DNA of 64,000 nt from Candidatus Hydrogenedentota bacterium (GCA_963674865.2 CAXXYE010000011.1:192001-256000); one strand, 5' to 3'. Numbered from the stretch's first letter, positions 43,901 through 55,800 are shown. A program made the numbers and translations. The notes: generated by a model not told the origin, from the letters alone.

Positions 43901-46900
43901 CGCCGGCTTCAACGCTGACGGAACTGTCGCCTGGGTTAAGCAAGCGGGCGGGACGGATCGTGAGGACGGCGACCACGATATTGTTGCGCTAGACGATGGC
44001 AGCTTGCTTGCGGTAGGCCAGTTCAACGGGACAACGACTCTTGGCGCGGGGGAGGCGAACGAGACCGTGTTGGTGTCGGCGGGTGACTACGACATGTACA
44101 TCGCCAGATACAACCCGGATGGGTCGCTCGCGTGGGCCAAACAAGCAGGCGGACCGGGGCGCGAGAACAACAACAGGCTCTCAAGTTTCGGCGACGGGAC
44201 GATGGTCGGCGCCAGTGTCTTTGACCAGGCAACCACGGTTGGACCCGGCGAACCGGGAGAGATGACGCTCGAAGCATGGGATATCGAGAACGCCTTTCTT
44301 GCCGATCATTGCGCCGACGGTTCCCTGGCCTGGGCCAAGCGCATCGCGTGTTCTGATGTGGCGATGAGCGTGACGGACATCGCTGCCCTGTCGTGCCGGG
44401 ACGTAGCCGTTGCCGGGACATTCGAGGGCGCCCTGGCCCTCGCCCCGGGCGAGCCGGAACAAACCACGCTTGCCGGCGGGGCCGTGCGGGGCGCCTACAT
44501 TGCCGTCTTTGCCGAAACGGATCACGACGGCGACGGCATCTCGGACCTCGCGGAGGGAGACGGCGACCCGGATGGGGATGGCATTCCGAACTACCTGGAC
44601 CCTGACAGCGACGGCGACGGTATGCCGGATGCCTGGGAGCACCAGCACGGCCTTGATCCCTATATGGATGACATTGCGGGTGATCCGGACGAAGACGACC
44701 TCAACAATCTTGAGGAATACCAAGCCGGTACAGACCCTCAGGATAGCGATACCGACGATGACGGTTTTCTCGACGGCGCCGAGATCACTTTCGGTACTGA
44801 CCCGTTGGATCCAAACGACGTGCCGGCGGCGGATTTCTCCGCAAGTACTACGCTCGGGGAGCCTTCGCTTCGTGTTCTGTTTGCGGCAACATCCGAGGTC
44901 GATGGCGAGCCGGTTACTGCGTGGTCATGGGATTTCGGTGATGGAAGCCCCGCAGTTGGAGAACAGAACCCGGAGCACATCTATACGGTGTCCGGCAGCT
45001 TCGATGTGACTCTCACCTTAACCACGGCGACTGGCGACGCAATCCTCAGCAAGCCCTCTTTCGTGAATGTGGCGGACACCGCCAATTTGGCTTCCGGGAC
45101 GGTGGATCTGACGGACGCGGTGATTGTAACGCGCCCCGGTAGTCTCCCAAGCGCCGAGCAGATGGCCGCGGCCATGTTGATGTATGAAGTCGAGACGCGC
45201 ACGGGCCTCACGTGGCCCATCACCGACACATGGCCCGCTACGGGCACTGTCATCGCCATTACTTCGCAATCCGACCCTGGACCCCCGGTTAACGAGGAAG
45301 GCTATCACCTCTTTGTCGAGGCAGGAGGTCCTGGGCCAGAGGTGGTGTGGATTATCGGTGGTGGCCCGCGCGGCGCGCTCTACGGCGCCGGCAAGCTGCT
45401 GCGGAGCCTGGATTGGGCCACCGAAACGGCGCAACTTGACCAGGCGCCGGGCGTCACCACCGAGCCGGCATACCCCCTGCGGGGCCACCAGATTGGTTAT
45501 CGCAATCTGGCCAATACTTACGACGCGTGGGATCGCGACCAGTATGAGCAGTACATCCGTGAACTCGTGATCTTCGGCGCCAACGCTATCGAGAACATCC
45601 CCTTTGAGACGGTGGATAGCGTGCATTTCCCCATCGCCAAGGAGCAGATGGCCCTGGAGATAAGCGCGATCTGCGCTGATTACGGCATTGAGCACTGGAT
45701 CTGGACGCCCGCGCCCGACCTCTACAATTCCACCGCACGAGCGGCCTCGCTTGCCCAACATGAGGCGTTCTACCAGCAGTGCGAGCGCCTGGACGGTGTG
45801 TTTGTTCCTGGAGGAGATCCGGGCAGTAATCCGCCGGACCTTGTCATGACCTTCCTGGAAGACCTGGCCAGCCTGTTGTCCGTTTACCATCCAGATGCAG
45901 GTATATGGGTGTCCAACCAAGGCTTCGAGCAGGACGAGAATGACTGGTTCTTCGACTACCTGCAAACCTACGAACCGGATTGGCTCGCAGGCGTTGTGTA
46001 CGGCCCGTGGACCAAGCTCTCCCTTGAGGAGGAGCGCAGTCGTGTGCCGGCCAAATATCCCATCCGCCGGTATCCTGACATCACGCACAACGTGCGGTGC
46101 CAGTATCCCGTGCCTGAATGGGACGGCGCATTTGCACACACCCTTGGACGTGAGGCAAGCAACCCGAGGCCGTTGGATGAGGCCCATATCCACAATGTGT
46201 TCGCACCCCTGGCCGACGGCTTCCTCGCCTACTCGGATGGCGCCCATGACGACCTGAACAAGGCGGTCTGGAGCATGTGCGGGTGGGAACCGAGCACGCC
46301 CGTCGACGAGATTGTCGAGGACTATGCGCGGTTCTTCTTCGGCCCAGACGTCGCTGAGGATGCCGCCGATGGCCTCTTCGCGCTCGAGCAGAATTGGGTG
46401 GGCCCTGTCGCGGGCAACGCTGTTATTGCCAATACGCTTGCCCTCTGGGAAGGGCTCGAAGCGCTTCGGCCCGAACTGGCGTCGAACTGGCGCTGGCAGC
46501 TGTGCTTGCTGCGTGCCAATTATGATGCATACATCCAAGAGCGCCTCACCTATGAGACGACCCTCGAGGAGCAGGCCGATACCGCTCTCGCCACGGCCTC
46601 TTCCATCGGGGCGGATACGGCCATGGCCGACGCACAGGCGGCGCTCGACCTGGCGGATACGGTGCCCGTGCGTCCCGATCTGCGGACTCGCATCGTCGAC
46701 TTGTGTGACGACCTGTTCAACACCATTGGTATGCAGACTAGCGTACCCCTGTACGGCGCCAAGAACTACGAGCGCGGCTGCGTTCTTGACTTCGTTGATC
46801 ACCCGCTGAATAACCGCTGGTGGTACGAGAACGTGTTCGCTGTTGCAGCCGGCTCGGGGACGGAGCAGGAGAAGCTCGATATCCTGAACGGCTGGATCCT

Positions 46901-49900
46901 CGATTGGGAGGACCCGGGCCCCGGCGGGTTCTACGATGACCTAGGCAATCTGACTAAGCAGCCGCACCGAGTGCAGCAGTTGCCTTGGGCGGACGACCCG
47001 GGGCGTGTTGACTCAACGAAGAACGGGTTCCTCTGGCACAACGGAAGCCGGGATTTCGACCGCGGCGGCGGCCCGCTCTCGTGGCAGAGGCAGGCCGAGA
47101 CACTCTACGGCACGCCCGTCGAAATGCACTATGACGGGCTCGACCCGTTTGCGGAATACCGCCTGAAGGTCTTCTACTTCGGCCGGTATTGGCCCACAAT
47201 GACGCTCACCGCCGACGATACCTACCTGATCCACGATGCTGAAGGTAGCGGCGTATTCCCGCCGCCCGAATATGACATCCCGACGGAACTCACCGATGAT
47301 GGTGTGCTTGACCTGAGATGGGACCTCGTGGATGGCCGTGGCTGCCAGGTGGCGGAAGTCTGGCTGATGAAGATAGATGCTGATGGCGACGGGCTGCCTG
47401 ATGGCTGGGAATCGGACCACGGGCTCGATCCCAATGATGCCACCGGAGACAATGGCGCTGATGGCGATCCGGACGGCGACGGCCTCGTCAATTTCGATGA
47501 GCTTCTAAATGGGACGGACCCAGGGTGTGCCGATACGGATGAGGATGGGCTGAACGACGGGGACGAGGTCCATACCTACGGTACCCAGCCCACCGATTCC
47601 GATACGGATGGCGACGGACTGCTCGATGGCGACGAGACGCGCGACCTCGATCCGTCGACGCCGGGAATCCAGAATCCATTCGACCCCTTGAATGCGGACT
47701 CCACCGGCAACGGCGGCGCCTCCGGTGCAGACGGCATTCTTGACGGCGAGAACGATTACGACGACGACGGCGTCAACAACCGTAACGAGTTCTCCGATGG
47801 CACCAATCCAACCGATGCCGATAGCGGTATGTTGTATGGCGGCGCCGACAATCCCGATGCCCTCGTGTGGAGCACCTTCCTGGGCGGTGTCGAAATAGAC
47901 GCCCAGAAAGATCTTGTGGTGGACGCCGCGGGGAACGTCTACGTCGTCGGCTTCACCAACGCGCCCGATTTCCCGACGACCCCCGGCGCGTTCCAAACGA
48001 GCTTCATTGCCGGGGAGGACACGTTCCCTGAGCGTCGAGGCGGCGACACCGCCTACCTCGTCAAGTTCGACGCAACGGGATCGGGCCTCGTATTCTCGAC
48101 CTTCCTCGATGGCAGCGGCGATGAGATGATCATGGGCGTTGCGCTGGACGGCGCGGGCGACGTCTGCGTGGTCGGCACCACGTCGTCGTCGGATTTCCCG
48201 GCCACCTCCGGCGCGTACGACACCTCCTACAACGGTGGCCACGACGCGTTTGTGGCGAAGTTCACTTCCGACGGCGCCCTCGTATTCTGCACCTACATCG
48301 GCGGCAGCGGCGATGATGATATTTACCTCGTTGACAACGGCGGATGCATCGCCGTTGACGGGGACGACAACATCTACATCACCGGCCGCACCTCCTCGGG
48401 CGATTTCCCGGTGACCTCCGGCGCCTTCGACACGACACACAACGGGAATTACGACACGTTTGTGGCCAAACTCGACGCTGATGGAAGCACGCTTGCCTAT
48501 GCCACCTTCCTTGGCGGCGGGAGTACGGACCAAGGACATGATATTGCCGTCAACGCCGCCGGAGAGGCCTTTGTTGCCGGACAGACAATTTCCTCCGACT
48601 ACCCCGTCACGTCAGGAGTGGTCGGCCCGGCCCTTCTCGGAGCCAGGGATGGCTTTGTCACGCGGGTGAGTGCGGACGGTGCCTCACTGGTGTACTCGAC
48701 ATACCTCGGCGGCAGCGGTGTGGATGATGCCAAAGGCATCGCCGTGAATGCGTCGAGCGAAGTCTTCGTTGTCGGGGCAACACAATCCGCCGACTTTCCG
48801 ATGGCCCCCGGCGCGTTCGATGACAGCTACGACGACGGCAATGACGCGTACGTTTGCCGGCTGGACGCAACAGGCGGCACCGTGCTCGCGTCAACCTATT
48901 GCGGCGGGAGCCGGGGCGAAGCCTTCATGAACGTCGAGTTGGACAGCGCGGGCAACGTGTGGGCGGCCGGCGATACCGGCTCGACACTGCCCACGAGCGC
49001 CGGAGCCTTTGACACCTCGTACAACGGCGGCCACGGCGCCGGCGACGTGTTTGTGGCGCACTTCGATGCTGCGCTTGGGACACTGCTCTATGGTTCCTAT
49101 CTGGGCGGCGCCAATCAGGAATGGGATGGCAAAGTCGCCCTGGATGATGCCGGCTGCGTCTATGTGTCCAGTTTCACCGCTTCGGGCGATTTTCCCACGA
49201 CGGTGGGCGCCTTTGACACCACCTACGACGGCGACGGCGAAACAACCTGGGATGTCTTCGTAACCAAGCTCGACCCGGCTGTCGGCGCGGGAGACAGCGA
49301 TGGCGACGGCATGCCCGATTGGTGGGAGAATCTCTACGGGACAGACCCCGCCGTAGACGATTCCGGCGAAGATCCCGATGGTGACGGGTTGAGCAACTTC
49401 GACGAGTTCCTGAACGGCACATGGCCACTCGACGCCGATCCCGATGGCGACGGCCTGACGGACGGAGACGAGATCATCCTGCACGTCACCGACCCGTTCT
49501 CCTCGGACACCGACGGGGACGGTTTGTCGGACTACGACGAGGTCCGCGACCTCGATCCCGGTACGGCAGGCGTACAGAACCCATTCGATCCCAACGATAT
49601 GGACTCCACCGGAGACAGCGGAAGCACGTCTCCGGACGCTCTTAGAGACGGGGACAACGACTACGACGGCGACGGCGTATCCAACCGCGTCGAACTGTCC
49701 GACGGTACCAGCCCTCTCGATCCCGACAGCTTCGTGGTCCATCCTCACGCGACCTATGTTCTGGGCTTGCCAATCACCATCGTTTCGGGAGAGTCCGGGA
49801 GTTTCTACCGTTACCTGAAGTGGTCGCACGACGGCACGAAGCTCGGTTATGAGGACGAGACCACCGGACAATCCTACAGTGTGCCCTCCGACGGCTCGGA

Positions 49901-52900
49901 AGCGCCGCTGGCGGTGAGCACGTGGGGTCTCAACGGTGACTACGTCTGGGGCTGCGGCGATGACTCCTGGTGGCGTTCGGATGCTGCTGCCTGGAAGCTC
50001 CGTGAGATTCGCCTGGAAACACAGTTCGAGATCCAGCGCGTCAACAGCGATAGTGGGGCGTTGCTCGCTCCCGACCTCACGAATCGCTCCGGGACGAACT
50101 ACCTCCTGTACTACAAGGATGACCCAGAGAGAAACCTCGAGTGTATCGCCTACGACCCGCTCGGCTTTGCTTACAGCACGAGCGTGGCCATCCGGCTGAC
50201 CGACCTCGATCTTGGTTCGGACGGATGGCTCGAAGCGCCGCGCTGGAGTCCCGACGGGAAGAAGATCGCGCTCTGGTACCGGGATTACTCGGGAGCGCCT
50301 GTCGACGCGGTCTTCGTTTTGCAGAACTCGCTCGAGATCGTCGAAGGCCTCACCGATCCGCCGTTGGATGAAGGTGATTCTCGCTTCACCTACATCGATG
50401 GCGGCGCGGAGTACGTCTCCTACCCATGCTTCAGCCAAGATGGGAATACCGTCTTCTTCACCAAGGACGCAAGTGGACTCTTCCAGGAGGATTTGGCCAA
50501 CTTCGACGAGAGCGACTTCGATATCGCCTACGCGCCTGCCGATGGCGCCGGCCCCGTCACCACCTTTGCCATGTCCGGCAACCAGGGCCTAGCAAACGTG
50601 TCGCCGGGAGGCATGCGCATCGCGTATGTCGACGATAGCCTCGGAACTTGGGACATCTGTGTGGCCTCGCTTCAGGCCGTGAGCGAAGTCAGCGGTACGC
50701 CCGCCGCTCCTGGGCAGGGAGGCGCCTCCAATGACGGCGTTAATGATCTGCTTGTCGAGGACGCCACCCAGGTCGAAGACGCGTCCGGCACGGTTCTCGA
50801 GATCGCACAGGACACTGTGATCGATTTTCCGGACGGCGTGGATCAGACCATTACAGTCGAGACGCCGATAGATCCCGTTGAAGAGCCTCAACTTCCACCG
50901 GGAGTCGAGGGGATACCTGTTGTCCGCGAGTTTGGGCCCGAAGGAACTCAGTTCTGGCCGGCCATTCTCGTGACCATCTCGTACACGGACGCCGAGATCG
51001 GCAACATGGATGAATCGACGCTCAAGATATACCAGTACAATGACGCCACCGGGCTGTACGATATCGAGGTGACGACCATTGTAGAACGCGATCTCGAGAA
51101 CAACACCATCACCTTCTCGGTGGAGCATTTCTCGAGCTTCGGTATCGCCAAACAGACGGATACCGATGGCGATGGCCTCCCCGACGTCGTGGACACGGAC
51201 GACGACAACGATGGGCTCGATGACACCGACGAGGCCGCGGCCGGCTCCGACCCGCTCAATCCGGATACCGACGGCGACGGGTTGACGGACGGCGATGAAG
51301 TCCATGTCTACGAGACTAGCCCCACCGATGTGGACTCCGATGACGACACCCTCGAGGATGGCTGGGAGGTGGACAACGGCCTGAATCCCGCTACAGACGA
51401 TACCGACGCTGACGGCTTGACCGACCCCGACGAACTCTATACGCACTTGACCGACCCGACCGATCCCGACACCGATGGCGACGGGATGCCGGATGGGACG
51501 GAAGTCGACGGAGGAACGGACCCGCTGGACGAGTTCTCGTTCGCCAGCGATGTGTACGTGGACAGCGCCAGCGGCAGCGATGCAACAGGCTTCGGCACAC
51601 AGGCCCATCCGTGGGCGACCATCGCGCACGCAGTGGCCTTGGTCGAAGGAAGCGCGTCCAACCCGATCTCCATCTACGTGGCAGAAGGGAGGTACGCCAC
51701 CGCACTCAGTCTTGATAGCTACGAGAGCCTTTACGGCGGCTATGAGGCTGTGGACTGGACGCGGGATATCGCGCTACACCCGACGGTGATCGATGGCAGC
51801 ACGGCCGACGCCGGCGGCCCGGCGGATCACGTGGTGGTCATGGATAATATCTCCAACGCCCGCCTCGACGGCTTCACGGTAACCGGCGGCGTGGCAGATG
51901 GGGTCTGGCCCGAGTGCTGCGGTGGTGGTCTCCACTGCGAGAGCCTTGACGATACGAACGCCATCGCCACCTGCGCCTTGATCGGCAATGCCGCAGACTA
52001 CGGCGGCGCAGTGTTCTGTGATCTTTCCTCGCCGGCCTTCTTGAACTGCACGATAAGCGGCAATAGTGCCGTGCACTACGACGGCGGCGGCATACTCTGC
52101 TTGGCCTCCTCACCGACGCTCATCAATTGTACGGTGAGCGGGAACGCGGCCAGTGAAGACGGGGGCGGGCTCTTCTGCTTCGTTTCCTCGCCGACGCTGA
52201 CGAACACGGTCTTCGAGGGCAACGGGCATTTCGCCATCTGCGAGGCCGACGACGCATCCGATCCGCTGGTGACCTATTGCCTATTCCACAACAACCTGGA
52301 CGGGGATTATTTCGACGAGGGCGCGACAGGTTACACCGGTGCTGCTGCCATCAACAGCAACGTTCCCGAGGCGAGCGACAACGTTGACGGCGATCCGTTG
52401 TTCGAGATGGGCCCCTCCGGTACATGGACAGCCATGCCGAGCTATGACCCCGGTACGAACCGCACGACGCTGACGGACGCGAGCGCCGTATATGTCCCCG
52501 ATGCGCTTGTGGGTGGGCTGATCAATCCCAATACCGCTCAATACCTGCAGGCACTGATCGTGGAGAACACCGCCACGAGCATTGCGGTTGCCGGCGCGTG
52601 CTACGCATCGGTGGGGTCGGGCGACTCATACCAGGTGATTGACTACCACCTCAAGCCCGGTTCGGCGGCCATCGACCAAGGTTGCGACGTGAGCGTCCCG
52701 GTCTTTGGCGCCGTGACGGAGGACTTTGATGGTGAACCCCGCGGTATGGACGGCGACGGCTTGGGCGCGGCCACGGGCGACGGGTCGGACTATGACATCG
52801 GTGTGGACGAGGCCCCCGACCCGACGGCGCCCGTGATCTTCACGGGCAATCCTTGGGAATACACCTACGATGTCGTCGATGACGAGGTGCTTGTCACGGA

Positions 52901-53762
52901 TACGGTATTCGGCCGCGACGGGACGCGGACAATCACCTACGCGCCGAGCGTGACCTTCGCCAACGGTATCACATACACGACCGTAATCGTCGGCACGCCC
53001 GGCAACGACAGCCTTCTGGGCACCTTGGGCAACGATATCCTCATCGGCCTTGCCGGTAACGACAAACTCAACGGGCACAACGGCGACGACCTGCTGGTGG
53101 GCGGCGATGGGGCCGATTACCTGCTCGCCGGGACCACTGGCGACGACGTATTGCTTGGCGAAGGCGGCAACGACCACCTCCACCCGGTAACGGGCAACGA
53201 TGTCTGTTTCGCGGGCGAAGGCGAAGACTACGTCTATCTCAAGAGCGTGGCTGACGCAGATATCCTCGACGGCGGGCCGGGCATCCGCGACGTCCTGAAG
53301 ATCACGGATTTGACCTACACGACCTATGAGATGACGGGTAGCCACGGATTCGAGCGCTTCGTGGGCGGCGCAGGAGCGGACATTGTTGACTGGTTCGACC
53401 TGGGCACCTCTTCGCAAATGGCGGGCAACGGCGGCGACGACGTGTTGTCCGGCGGGCCCTATCGCGACATTCTTCGGGGCGGCGCCGGAAGCGACACGCT
53501 GCAGGGCGGCGTTAACAGCGGCGGCCAGCGCGATCTGCTGTACGGGGAGGTTGGCGATGACCTGCTCATCGCCTTCGGCGGGAACGCTAACTGCTACGGC
53601 GGCGACGGCGAGGATACTGTACAGTTTTCCGGCGACCCCTTCGACCCGAGCGAATACAAGAACCGCTGGGATCCTGCTACCGGCACAGGAAGCGTCGTCG
53701 ACCTAGTCGCCGACCGCGACGGCGGCAATTATCTCATTGAAGTGGAGAACCTGAGCCACTGA
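28983..53762 (+). CDS. Giant (8259 aa) secreted multidomain surface protein / adhesin
   Basis: Uninterrupted ORF with GAGGG RBS and signal peptide (ALCARA-D). Ig-like domain; FG.GEPNET.L propellers; SBBP-type propellers (S.DFP.T.GAYD); DxDxDG linkers; PKD; GH-like domain; TolB-like propeller; HFS-motif domain; beta-helix; RTX tail. Confidence 0.93.
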   Translation: MNRASFCLCLLFSFLAFALCARADASGPPASHIPASALSVTGTFFEGRGVALESQSSVAVADSIPPSDDLALPFPAVEAMDSLAATVSIYNTSAAFLTITSIYSIDAIYTTYGGTNAFSLEGLPELPLELPPEGETSFDVRFAPIATCLSEFFQDGLIIISDDLVMPMISLALSGTGTNAAADCDGDGLTDLEEISNYGTDPNNPDTDGDGWSDGREVAAGTAPLDPNDYPPLGAGSLVWARSDGAVNDDCGFGIVAAADGRSVATGYFTDGATFGAGEPGETALVAAGQQDIHIAGYDADGTLEWVKRAGGTLTDYGRRVAILTDGSALIQARFSGTGTFGPGEPNEVTLVGASDGAQNALVNYCMDGTLARVVYAGKSYGTAFGRAFDLTSTDDVVLVGYFQGETVFGEGETNETVFLPDGDSQYGFLARYNSDWSLAWAREAVCDGRLYPHDMAILSDDSAVVAGYFLGAATFGAGEPNETSLAAVSYDSFVARYNADGTFAWVTQIEGDDYQRGYAVTVLEDDSVIVTGYVEGAATFGAGEPNETTLNSDGRRMLLARYGADGALVWAKEPVNGAGVLAGFSTGRAVRGSEHGSFLVQGYFSGAVTFGPGEANETTLSTGDVSRQYGFLAKYRWDGTLAWVTWFGGAGHTMSGYDLSVLGDGTALITGSFTGGAAFGAGEPNETSLTSAGGRDAFLAKYVVWTDRDADGMSDDWEEDQGLDPDDPSDAGLDLDNDGLTNLQEHNNSTDPDNPDTDGDGYTDGDEAAAGTNPLDASSYPVEGRELIGARRDGGAAEEYPVSIASFDDGSMVEAGRFEDAATFGQGEPNETTLVSVGDRDLYLAKYAADGSLLWATQAGGADYDYPYTVEGLPDGSFIVQGRFSATATFGSGQPSETVVDSPSHDVFLAKYDADGALVWVRQTLSIDHMALGADISLSEDGSILALARIQGGVCFIPGDLSQMMFVSNLDNEYDLCLAKYNPDGSVAWAERLAVSHEAGSDITGQVAACEDGGAYVVGHFRREVAVVGGPLSTVLTPAVPGVYETFVAKYNAVGVLEWVKRVYGSGRVEIDDCRTAPGEDGVLVVGSFQGVATFGAGEPNETSLNAGVFGHMYLAKFNCDGTLAWAKQAAGEEGFTCGELTLTPRGNAVVVGPLFGTVTFGEGEPNETVLAAVAEQRIFVADYGVDGTLACVKCIAAAYSTYASISAACAFYDESVAFTGYFDSTLAFAPGEPGEVSLVSEGDRDAFLARFSVGQDWDGDGMPNSWETAHGLNRNDAVDAAGDGDGDGLTNLAEYESNTDPNDADTDSDGLPDGDEVYSSNPFIPDTDHDGLSDGEEALGYLTHTEVPDSDADGWSDGEEVAAGTSPLDPDDHPPLEIGSLTWARRDGGLSDDRLYSMVVGSDGRAVGVGCFEGTSIMGADGPNETALVSDGSIDICVAGYETSGALAWARRAGGPNIDYARWVTVLPEGSVLFQARFTGTGTFGPGEPNEVTLVGPSTGAQNVLVNYSMDGTLARVTHAGKSYDYAYGRGLDIFDDGSSVICGYFRGQLVLGEGEPNETVFPGTTHYHGFLAKYNPDLTLAWARQAVSDDRLYPYDVTLLSDNSAVVAGYFRGAATFGPGEPNETTLIADDYDLFVVRYRADGALAWARQVGASSSDYGYAVAALPDDSVIVTGRVDGTVMFGAGEPNETTLASDGLRMFLARYRSDGSLVWAKEAFNDTGAFAGASAGRALECSEPGSFVIQGYFSGTATFGPGELNETSLSTGDASLQYGFLAKYRWDGTLAWVRWIGGATRAWSGYDLSVLGEGTVLVAGYFNGAAVLGKGEPFETFLTSAGDNDAFVAKYVVWTDSDGDGMSDDWEDWRGLDPDVNDAADDPDGDGLSNLAEYNAQTDPGNPDTDGDGYTDGDEIRAGTNPLDASSYPVEGRELLWARRDGGPDRDQAQTMVSFDDGSMVVAGIFEGSATFGEGGPNETTLVSAGALDVYVAKYIPDGGLLWITQGGGIGHDYPLAVEALADGSCVVQGRFSYTAVFGPGELNERTLMSLDHDMFLARYNPDGSLAWATQTSSQSYGDETNPWSGGRDIALLPDGNILALVRCQGRVEFIPESPGAMTVYSAFPGHWDLAYAKYRSDGSVAWAQPIVVTREIHPSSWGYVTACSDGGGYVAGQFRNQVTVVGGPLSTLFTPAAPNVYEAFVAKYNAAGVLEWIKHTCGTGQVEVDDCRTAPGEDGVLVIGTFDGVATFGEGEDNETILDAGVTADAYLAKYDRDGTLAWVTKASGEEGSTSGRVAVTPRGNQVVAGLFSGTTTFGEGESNQTVLSATADQNLYLADFGVDGTLNSVKCIAAAYSSYASLAAICAFYDEGVAFAGNFDDSLTFAPGEPGEISLVSEGGRDAYLARFSAGTDWDGDGIPNDWEYAHELDQNNPADATDDGDSDGLTNLEEYENNTDPNDADTDGDGMPDGDEVHVYTSNPFIPDTDHDGLLDGEEALDYLTYTDAPDSDADGWSDGEEVAAGTSPLDPDDHPPIEAGSLLWVRKDGGTSDDRGYSVVAGADGRLVGVGTFEDSSTFGADEPSETELVAGGGLDIHIAGYNADGSLAWAKRAGGWYTDYARRVITLPDDTALIQARFSGIGTFAPGEPEETTLVGASASAQNVLINYSLDGTLERVVYAGKSYDCAYGRGFDLCGDSSLVLVGYFRGETIFGEGEPNETTLNSSGYSLYNGFLAKYNPDWTLAWAKEALANDRLYFNDVAALSDGSAMVVGYFRINATFGPGEPNETTLVGDDYDGFIARYHPDGTVAWAEGFGASGTDRAYAVTALQDDSIIVTGYIDGPVTFAAGEPNETTLTSDGPRMFLARYRADGSLVWAKEAVNDTGAFAGSSGSHAIERAERGTVLIQGYFRGEVTFGPGEANETTLSTGDASIQYGFLAKYRMDGTLARANWAGGAGTTSTGYDVSVLDDGTALVTGCFTGGAAFGFGEPNETSLASAGGRDAFLAKYVVWTDSDGDGMSDDWENWRGLDPDVDDAADDPDGDGLSNLAEYNAQTDPGNPDTDGDGYTDGDEVHAGTDPNDPSSSALGDAENPAQLIWSTFVGGLDWDEGCAHVVDAEGNVYLAGDTESPDFPTTAGAYDDTLDGSEDAYVAKLNSTGDALVFSTYLGGSGEDRVWDILVDDLGDIFLIGSTTSEDFPTTSGAYDTTFNGDEDVFIAKLNSTGDTLLFSTFLGGSSREYPYEDQVLVLDASGNLCFAGATASADFPTSPDAYDGTHNGDNDAFVVKLSSDCGVLVYSTYLGGSGSEVAHSLAISATGELHVIGTTSSWDFPTTPGANDAVLDGPDDTFVTKFNASCTALAYSTFLGGSAGEHGNRATVDGSGGLYVSGRTESWDFPVTPGAYDKSFNGDRDAFCARLDASGQLLASTYIGGFLRDQGHTVLVDSVGNVWLSGFAYSSDFPTTRGAFDRTLSGEYDMFLVSFDGLLGHLLYGTFLGGSDGEGMDSFTEFGPDGSLFLLGRTKSADFPVTPGAYDTQYADGGDLFITKLDPAAGMGDSDGDGMPDWWENLYGLDPGVNDAAGDLDGDGLNNLDEYNRNTDPDNPDSDGDGYSDGDEVAAGKDPNSASSSPLGDAQNPAQLVWSTFLGGTDIEEASGLAVDTSGNSYVAGRTCSTDFPVTPGAYDESFNGGTDDAYVAKLNDTGDALVFATFLGGSGDDFASDLCVDDAGNIYVVGSTTSADFPTTPGAYDTTFNGSEDVFVAKLNATGDTLLYSTFIGGANDDSPRERSAIVLDEAGSLYIAGRTASSDFPTTSGSYAPTFGGGGSDGFITKLSADGSALVYSTFLGGSADELCSSLAVNAAGEVYVGGNTDSIDFPTTSGAFDTSHGGWGDAYVAKLSADGTALLFSTLIGGSGDDTGRHVALTDTGEVYLSGWTDSLNFPVTSGAYGETFNGDRDGFVVLLDATGSAVLAGTYLSGAEFDTVHELELDGSGNLWVSGMVRSEDFPNTPGAFDRTYNGNTDQYVAEFDASLTTLLYGTFVGGMYFEGDYFMALGPADNIYVYGRTQSKNFPFTPDAYDTTYNGNRDGFVLKLDPAGGTGDADADGMPDWWESLYGLEPNVDDAAGDLDGDGLSNVDEYNWGTRPDYSDTDGDGYTDGDEVHAGTDPNDPSDSLIGDAENPAALEWGTFLGGSDQEEARGLYIDGDGNTYVVGKTVSADFPATAGALSEAFNGGSEDGYVTKFNSTGETLLFSTFLGGSGWDRVSTVVPDGLGNIYVLGDTDSADFPTTAGAYDTTANGGADLFVAKLTGTGDTLLWSTLLGGSGDEEIYDRSVLIVDGSGDLWLSGWTYSADFPTTSGAYDTTPNGGADGFVVKLAGDGSAVLYSTLLGGSDDDNPHNLQLNGVGEVYVVGETWSGDFPVTSGAYDETFNGDRDVFVAKLNAVGDALLYGTYFGGTGRDTSADFLLLPASEEVCISGYTESWDFPTTSGAYDETRDGDRDAFCSILDATGSSLTASTLVGGSARESGNTLALDSGGNIWLSGSTESVDFPTTPGAFDVSLNGGWDEVIVQFDPSLTSLLYSTYVGGAAAEGDYYVALDSADHVYVYGRTESLAFPVTPGAYDTTFNGYRDAYLLKLDPSTVNLDSDGDGMPDWWENRYGLDPGVYDADDDGDGDWLTNLDEFNADTDPSSSDTDGDGWNDRAEIERGADPRDNADFPYAKRSLRWATQIGSAGYVSHPQVACLESGVTVVFGRFEEAVTFAAGQLGETTLYSVGERDLFIALYGPDGAFAGALRAGGPYNDVPWDVMVLPDGTAVITGEFTGEATFNAGAPDQVTLASLNGDMFLVKYNIDGSIDWAAQSSAVDAGSRAYGRNIAPLGDGSMIVCGRVQGTVVFGAGEPNETTLSGIYDTFFAKYNPDGSLAWARVVGQLADASSSLTGYVAALDDGRMYLFAEFRGEITVVPGPNATTLTSSPYDVYDLVAAGFNADGTVAWVKQAGGTDREDGDHDIVALDDGSLLAVGQFNGTTTLGAGEANETVLVSAGDYDMYIARYNPDGSLAWAKQAGGPGRENNNRLSSFGDGTMVGASVFDQATTVGPGEPGEMTLEAWDIENAFLADHCADGSLAWAKRIACSDVAMSVTDIAALSCRDVAVAGTFEGALALAPGEPEQTTLAGGAVRGAYIAVFAETDHDGDGISDLAEGDGDPDGDGIPNYLDPDSDGDGMPDAWEHQHGLDPYMDDIAGDPDEDDLNNLEEYQAGTDPQDSDTDDDGFLDGAEITFGTDPLDPNDVPAADFSASTTLGEPSLRVLFAATSEVDGEPVTAWSWDFGDGSPAVGEQNPEHIYTVSGSFDVTLTLTTATGDAILSKPSFVNVADTANLASGTVDLTDAVIVTRPGSLPSAEQMAAAMLMYEVETRTGLTWPITDTWPATGTVIAITSQSDPGPPVNEEGYHLFVEAGGPGPEVVWIIGGGPRGALYGAGKLLRSLDWATETAQLDQAPGVTTEPAYPLRGHQIGYRNLANTYDAWDRDQYEQYIRELVIFGANAIENIPFETVDSVHFPIAKEQMALEISAICADYGIEHWIWTPAPDLYNSTARAASLAQHEAFYQQCERLDGVFVPGGDPGSNPPDLVMTFLEDLASLLSVYHPDAGIWVSNQGFEQDENDWFFDYLQTYEPDWLAGVVYGPWTKLSLEEERSRVPAKYPIRRYPDITHNVRCQYPVPEWDGAFAHTLGREASNPRPLDEAHIHNVFAPLADGFLAYSDGAHDDLNKAVWSMCGWEPSTPVDEIVEDYARFFFGPDVAEDAADGLFALEQNWVGPVAGNAVIANTLALWEGLEALRPELASNWRWQLCLLRANYDAYIQERLTYETTLEEQADTALATASSIGADTAMADAQAALDLADTVPVRPDLRTRIVDLCDDLFNTIGMQTSVPLYGAKNYERGCVLDFVDHPLNNRWWYENVFAVAAGSGTEQEKLDILNGWILDWEDPGPGGFYDDLGNLTKQPHRVQQLPWADDPGRVDSTKNGFLWHNGSRDFDRGGGPLSWQRQAETLYGTPVEMHYDGLDPFAEYRLKVFYFGRYWPTMTLTADDTYLIHDAEGSGVFPPPEYDIPTELTDDGVLDLRWDLVDGRGCQVAEVWLMKIDADGDGLPDGWESDHGLDPNDATGDNGADGDPDGDGLVNFDELLNGTDPGCADTDEDGLNDGDEVHTYGTQPTDSDTDGDGLLDGDETRDLDPSTPGIQNPFDPLNADSTGNGGASGADGILDGENDYDDDGVNNRNEFSDGTNPTDADSGMLYGGADNPDALVWSTFLGGVEIDAQKDLVVDAAGNVYVVGFTNAPDFPTTPGAFQTSFIAGEDTFPERRGGDTAYLVKFDATGSGLVFSTFLDGSGDEMIMGVALDGAGDVCVVGTTSSSDFPATSGAYDTSYNGGHDAFVAKFTSDGALVFCTYIGGSGDDDIYLVDNGGCIAVDGDDNIYITGRTSSGDFPVTSGAFDTTHNGNYDTFVAKLDADGSTLAYATFLGGGSTDQGHDIAVNAAGEAFVAGQTISSDYPVTSGVVGPALLGARDGFVTRVSADGASLVYSTYLGGSGVDDAKGIAVNASSEVFVVGATQSADFPMAPGAFDDSYDDGNDAYVCRLDATGGTVLASTYCGGSRGEAFMNVELDSAGNVWAAGDTGSTLPTSAGAFDTSYNGGHGAGDVFVAHFDAALGTLLYGSYLGGANQEWDGKVALDDAGCVYVSSFTASGDFPTTVGAFDTTYDGDGETTWDVFVTKLDPAVGAGDSDGDGMPDWWENLYGTDPAVDDSGEDPDGDGLSNFDEFLNGTWPLDADPDGDGLTDGDEIILHVTDPFSSDTDGDGLSDYDEVRDLDPGTAGVQNPFDPNDMDSTGDSGSTSPDALRDGDNDYDGDGVSNRVELSDGTSPLDPDSFVVHPHATYVLGLPITIVSGESGSFYRYLKWSHDGTKLGYEDETTGQSYSVPSDGSEAPLAVSTWGLNGDYVWGCGDDSWWRSDAAAWKLREIRLETQFEIQRVNSDSGALLAPDLTNRSGTNYLLYYKDDPERNLECIAYDPLGFAYSTSVAIRLTDLDLGSDGWLEAPRWSPDGKKIALWYRDYSGAPVDAVFVLQNSLEIVEGLTDPPLDEGDSRFTYIDGGAEYVSYPCFSQDGNTVFFTKDASGLFQEDLANFDESDFDIAYAPADGAGPVTTFAMSGNQGLANVSPGGMRIAYVDDSLGTWDICVASLQAVSEVSGTPAAPGQGGASNDGVNDLLVEDATQVEDASGTVLEIAQDTVIDFPDGVDQTITVETPIDPVEEPQLPPGVEGIPVVREFGPEGTQFWPAILVTISYTDAEIGNMDESTLKIYQYNDATGLYDIEVTTIVERDLENNTITFSVEHFSSFGIAKQTDTDGDGLPDVVDTDDDNDGLDDTDEAAAGSDPLNPDTDGDGLTDGDEVHVYETSPTDVDSDDDTLEDGWEVDNGLNPATDDTDADGLTDPDELYTHLTDPTDPDTDGDGMPDGTEVDGGTDPLDEFSFASDVYVDSASGSDATGFGTQAHPWATIAHAVALVEGSASNPISIYVAEGRYATALSLDSYESLYGGYEAVDWTRDIALHPTVIDGSTADAGGPADHVVVMDNISNARLDGFTVTGGVADGVWPECCGGGLHCESLDDTNAIATCALIGNAADYGGAVFCDLSSPAFLNCTISGNSAVHYDGGGILCLASSPTLINCTVSGNAASEDGGGLFCFVSSPTLTNTVFEGNGHFAICEADDASDPLVTYCLFHNNLDGDYFDEGATGYTGAAAINSNVPEASDNVDGDPLFEMGPSGTWTAMPSYDPGTNRTTLTDASAVYVPDALVGGLINPNTAQYLQALIVENTATSIAVAGACYASVGSGDSYQVIDYHLKPGSAAIDQGCDVSVPVFGAVTEDFDGEPRGMDGDGLGAATGDGSDYDIGVDEAPDPTAPVIFTGNPWEYTYDVVDDEVLVTDTVFGRDGTRTITYAPSVTFANGITYTTVIVGTPGNDSLLGTLGNDILIGLAGNDKLNGHNGDDLLVGGDGADYLLAGTTGDDVLLGEGGNDHLHPVTGNDVCFAGEGEDYVYLKSVADADILDGGPGIRDVLKITDLTYTTYEMTGSHGFERFVGGAGADIVDWFDLGTSSQMAGNGGDDVLSGGPYRDILRGGAGSDTLQGGVNSGGQRDLLYGEVGDDLLIAFGGNANCYGGDGEDTVQFSGDPFDPSEYKNRWDPATGTGSVVDLVADRDGGNYLIEVENLSH
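29530..38210 (+). repeat. Intragenic ~3.45-kb tandem unit (propeller A - linker - propeller B - linker), about 2.5 copies
   Basis: Order A1-B1-A2-B2-A3. An 85-bp exact repeat sits at 33029-33113 and 36482-36566; a ~203-bp near-identical repeat at 34513-34715 and 37972-38174. Confidence 0.9.
38217..43105 (+). repeat. Three tandem SBBP-type beta-propeller + TSP3-like linker units (~1.63 kb each); a fourth copy lies at ~47830-49277
   Basis: Each unit begins GDA.NPA.L.W.TF.GG and ends KLDP...[12 protein letters not shown]; internal STFLGGSG and DFPTT.GAYD blades recur. Confidence 0.9.
52827..53762 (+). repeat. C-terminal RTX-like module, copy 2 (homologous to 18517-19449)
   Basis: GGxGxD nonapeptides and the same unique motifs as in the protease tail. 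Confidence 0.9.
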
Positions 53763-53787
53763 TCGAGCGGACATTCTGGACAAATGA

Positions 53788-53825
53788 CGCCGCACGGGCC
53801 CCCAGAACTCAGGGCAGGTGCGGCG
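53788..53825 (+). terminator. GC-rich hairpin after the giant gene, no U-tract
   Basis: CGCCGCAC (53788-53795) pairs with GTGCGGCG (53818-53825). Confidence 0.3.
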
Positions 53826-53837
53826 ATGTGTCCAACT

Positions 53838-53888
53838 GTGTAGAGAGCCGTCTACACTCTTGACATTCACTCACATGCAGAGTATTAC
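53838..53888 (+). promoter_or_regulatory. Candidate gspE promoter with adjacent palindrome
   Basis: GTGTAGA-N6-TCTACAC (53838-53857) lies just before a perfect TTGACA (53860-53865), then 17 nt and a weak -10 TATTAC. Confidence 0.45.
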
Positions 53889-54075
53889 ATAGAGACACGG
53901 CCTTGGAGTTGATCTGGCGGGGGAAGGTGGCCTTGTGTTGAAGGGTGAGCGGGGTCGAATACTGTGGGCGTGTCGCAATGCAATTCTGATCGTTCAACGT
54001 AATGTGCGTCATCCATCTGAGGATTTCGGAACGTTACTGAGGTGACAACGGCGAAATGCCGAAAGGGGTCCTTTC

Positions 54076-55746
54076 TTGGAGAAGCTGTCCGACGTTAATC
54101 TTCAGGAGGTGCTCCAGCGTTTTCGCCGCACCGGCGAAAGTCTGGGGAAGTGTCTAACGGCCCTTGGCTGGCCCGACGAGGAATCCGGGCTCCGTGCCCT
54201 TGCCGAGAGCGCGGGAATCCGCTTCTTGGATCTGTCAAAGGTGGAGATCGACCGCGCCGCCGCAAGCGGCATACCTCCTGAGCTGATCCATCGCGCCCAC
54301 ATCATTCCCGTGTCCCTAGAGGACGGCCGCCTGCTCCTCGCCATGGAGAACCCCTTCGACCTCCAAGTGGCCGATCACGTCGAGATACTGACAGGGAAGA
54401 AGGTTGATCGCGCCATCTGCACCGAAAGCAACATGGCCGCGGCCATGCAGAGTTTCTACGGCTTCTCCGTCGAACGCATGATCGAGAACCTCGAGATTGC
54501 CGATGAGAATGGCTCGGCCGACAACATACAGATCGGCCACCTGCGCGAGATCGCCAGTGAGCCCACCGTCATCAACCTCGTAAACCTTATGATTGGCCGG
54601 GCCATTCGCGACCGTGCGAGCGATATTCACATCGAGCCTTTCGGAAACGTTCTGAAGGTAAAGTACCGGATCGACGGCGTCCTGCACGACATGCCCTCGC
54701 CGCCGAAACATCTTCAGGACGCCATCATCTCCCGCGTCAAGATTATGGCCGACATGGATATCGCCGAGCGCTACGTCCCGCAGGACGGCCACATCGAGCT
54801 AGGTTTCGAGGGGCACGAGGTGGATGTCCGCGTTGCCACGGTGCCCACGATCTTCGGTGAATCGGTGGTTATGCGTCTGCTCGACAAGACGTCCTTCCTG
54901 TTCGGACTCGAAAAGCTCGGTGTTGAACCGGAGACACTCAGGCGCTACAAAGCGCTGCTCCGCTCGCCCCACGGCATTGTGCTCGTATGCGGCCCTACCG
55001 GCTCCGGCAAGACGACCACTCTTTACGCCTCGCTCAGCGCCATCTGGACGACGGAGCGGAAGTTCATCACCATTGAGGACCCCGTCGAATATGAACTCAC
55101 GGGCGTCAATCAGATACCTGTACGCCCCAAGCGCGGCTTGAGCTTCGCCAACGGCCTGCGCGCCATCGTCCGGCAGGATCCCGACGTGATCATGGTTGGG
55201 GAGATCCGGGATACCGAAACGGCTGAAATCGCGATCCGCTCCGCATTGACGGGCCATCTAGTTCTCAGTTCCCTGCACACGAACGATGCCCCCGAGTCCA
55301 TTTCGAGGCTCCTGGATATGGGCGTCCCCCCCTATCTGATCGCCTCTGCGGTACGGGGCATCTTGGCGCAACGCCTTGTCCGGACCGTATGTTCAGCGTG
55401 CCGGGAGCGTGTGGAACCAAGTCCGGCCTTGCTTGAGCAGATCCGTTCCGAATTGGGGGCGGACGTCCAACCGGTGCTCTATCGCGGCAAAGGGTGTTCT
55501 GACTGCAATGGCACCGGATACCGGGGCCGGACGGCCATTTTGGAGCTCATGAGCGTTGATGACGGGCTACGCGACCTTATCCTACAACGTTCGCCCGGCT
55601 CAACAATCGCCAAGTACGTCCGGAGCAACATGCAGCCGATGCGGGAGGCCGGCTGGCTCAAAGTCGCTCAAGGGGTTACGACCCCGGAGGAGGTCGTAAG
55701 AGTCACCCAGACGACGGGCCTCACCGACAGTGATGAGCTTGTCTAA
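54076..55746 (+). CDS. gspE: Type II secretion ATPase GspE/PulE
   Basis: RASDIHIEP, GPTGSGKTTTLY, TIEDPVEY, RQDPDVIMVGEIRD, TGHLVLSSLHTND and tetra-Cys motifs. Confidence 0.95.
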   Translation: MEKLSDVNLQEVLQRFRRTGESLGKCLTALGWPDEESGLRALAESAGIRFLDLSKVEIDRAAASGIPPELIHRAHIIPVSLEDGRLLLAMENPFDLQVADHVEILTGKKVDRAICTESNMAAAMQSFYGFSVERMIENLEIADENGSADNIQIGHLREIASEPTVINLVNLMIGRAIRDRASDIHIEPFGNVLKVKYRIDGVLHDMPSPPKHLQDAIISRVKIMADMDIAERYVPQDGHIELGFEGHEVDVRVATVPTIFGESVVMRLLDKTSFLFGLEKLGVEPETLRRYKALLRSPHGIVLVCGPTGSGKTTTLYASLSAIWTTERKFITIEDPVEYELTGVNQIPVRPKRGLSFANGLRAIVRQDPDVIMVGEIRDTETAEIAIRSALTGHLVLSSLHTNDAPESISRLLDMGVPPYLIASAVRGILAQRLVRTVCSACRERVEPSPALLEQIRSELGADVQPVLYRGKGCSDCNGTGYRGRTAILELMSVDDGLRDLILQRSPGSTIAKYVRSNMQPMREAGWLKVAQGVTTPEEVVRVTQTTGLTDSDELV

Positions 55747-55750
55747 CCGC

Positions 55751-55800
55751 ATGACGGGATCCATATTCTCCGACGCCTTATCGGGGCTACGTCATTTTTT
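55751..55800 (+). terminator. Possible intrinsic terminator between gspE and gspF
   Basis: Outer ATGACG/CGTCAT and inner CTCCGA/TCGGGG stems followed by a T-run. Confidence 0.35.

Noticed and set aside
45018..51629. Long antisense ORFs (594, 344, 515 and 346 aa) opposite the giant gene, and similar ones elsewhere
   Set aside because: Expected shadows of GC-rich, Asp/Gly-biased codons; no protein motifs.
54043..54075. c-di-GMP-I riboswitch or SECIS-like element before gspE
   Set aside because: It has GGCGAA and a GAAA loop but lacks the downstream GACGCAAAG/P2 region. Selenocysteine at this position has no precedent I know of, and the upstream GTG lacks an RBS.
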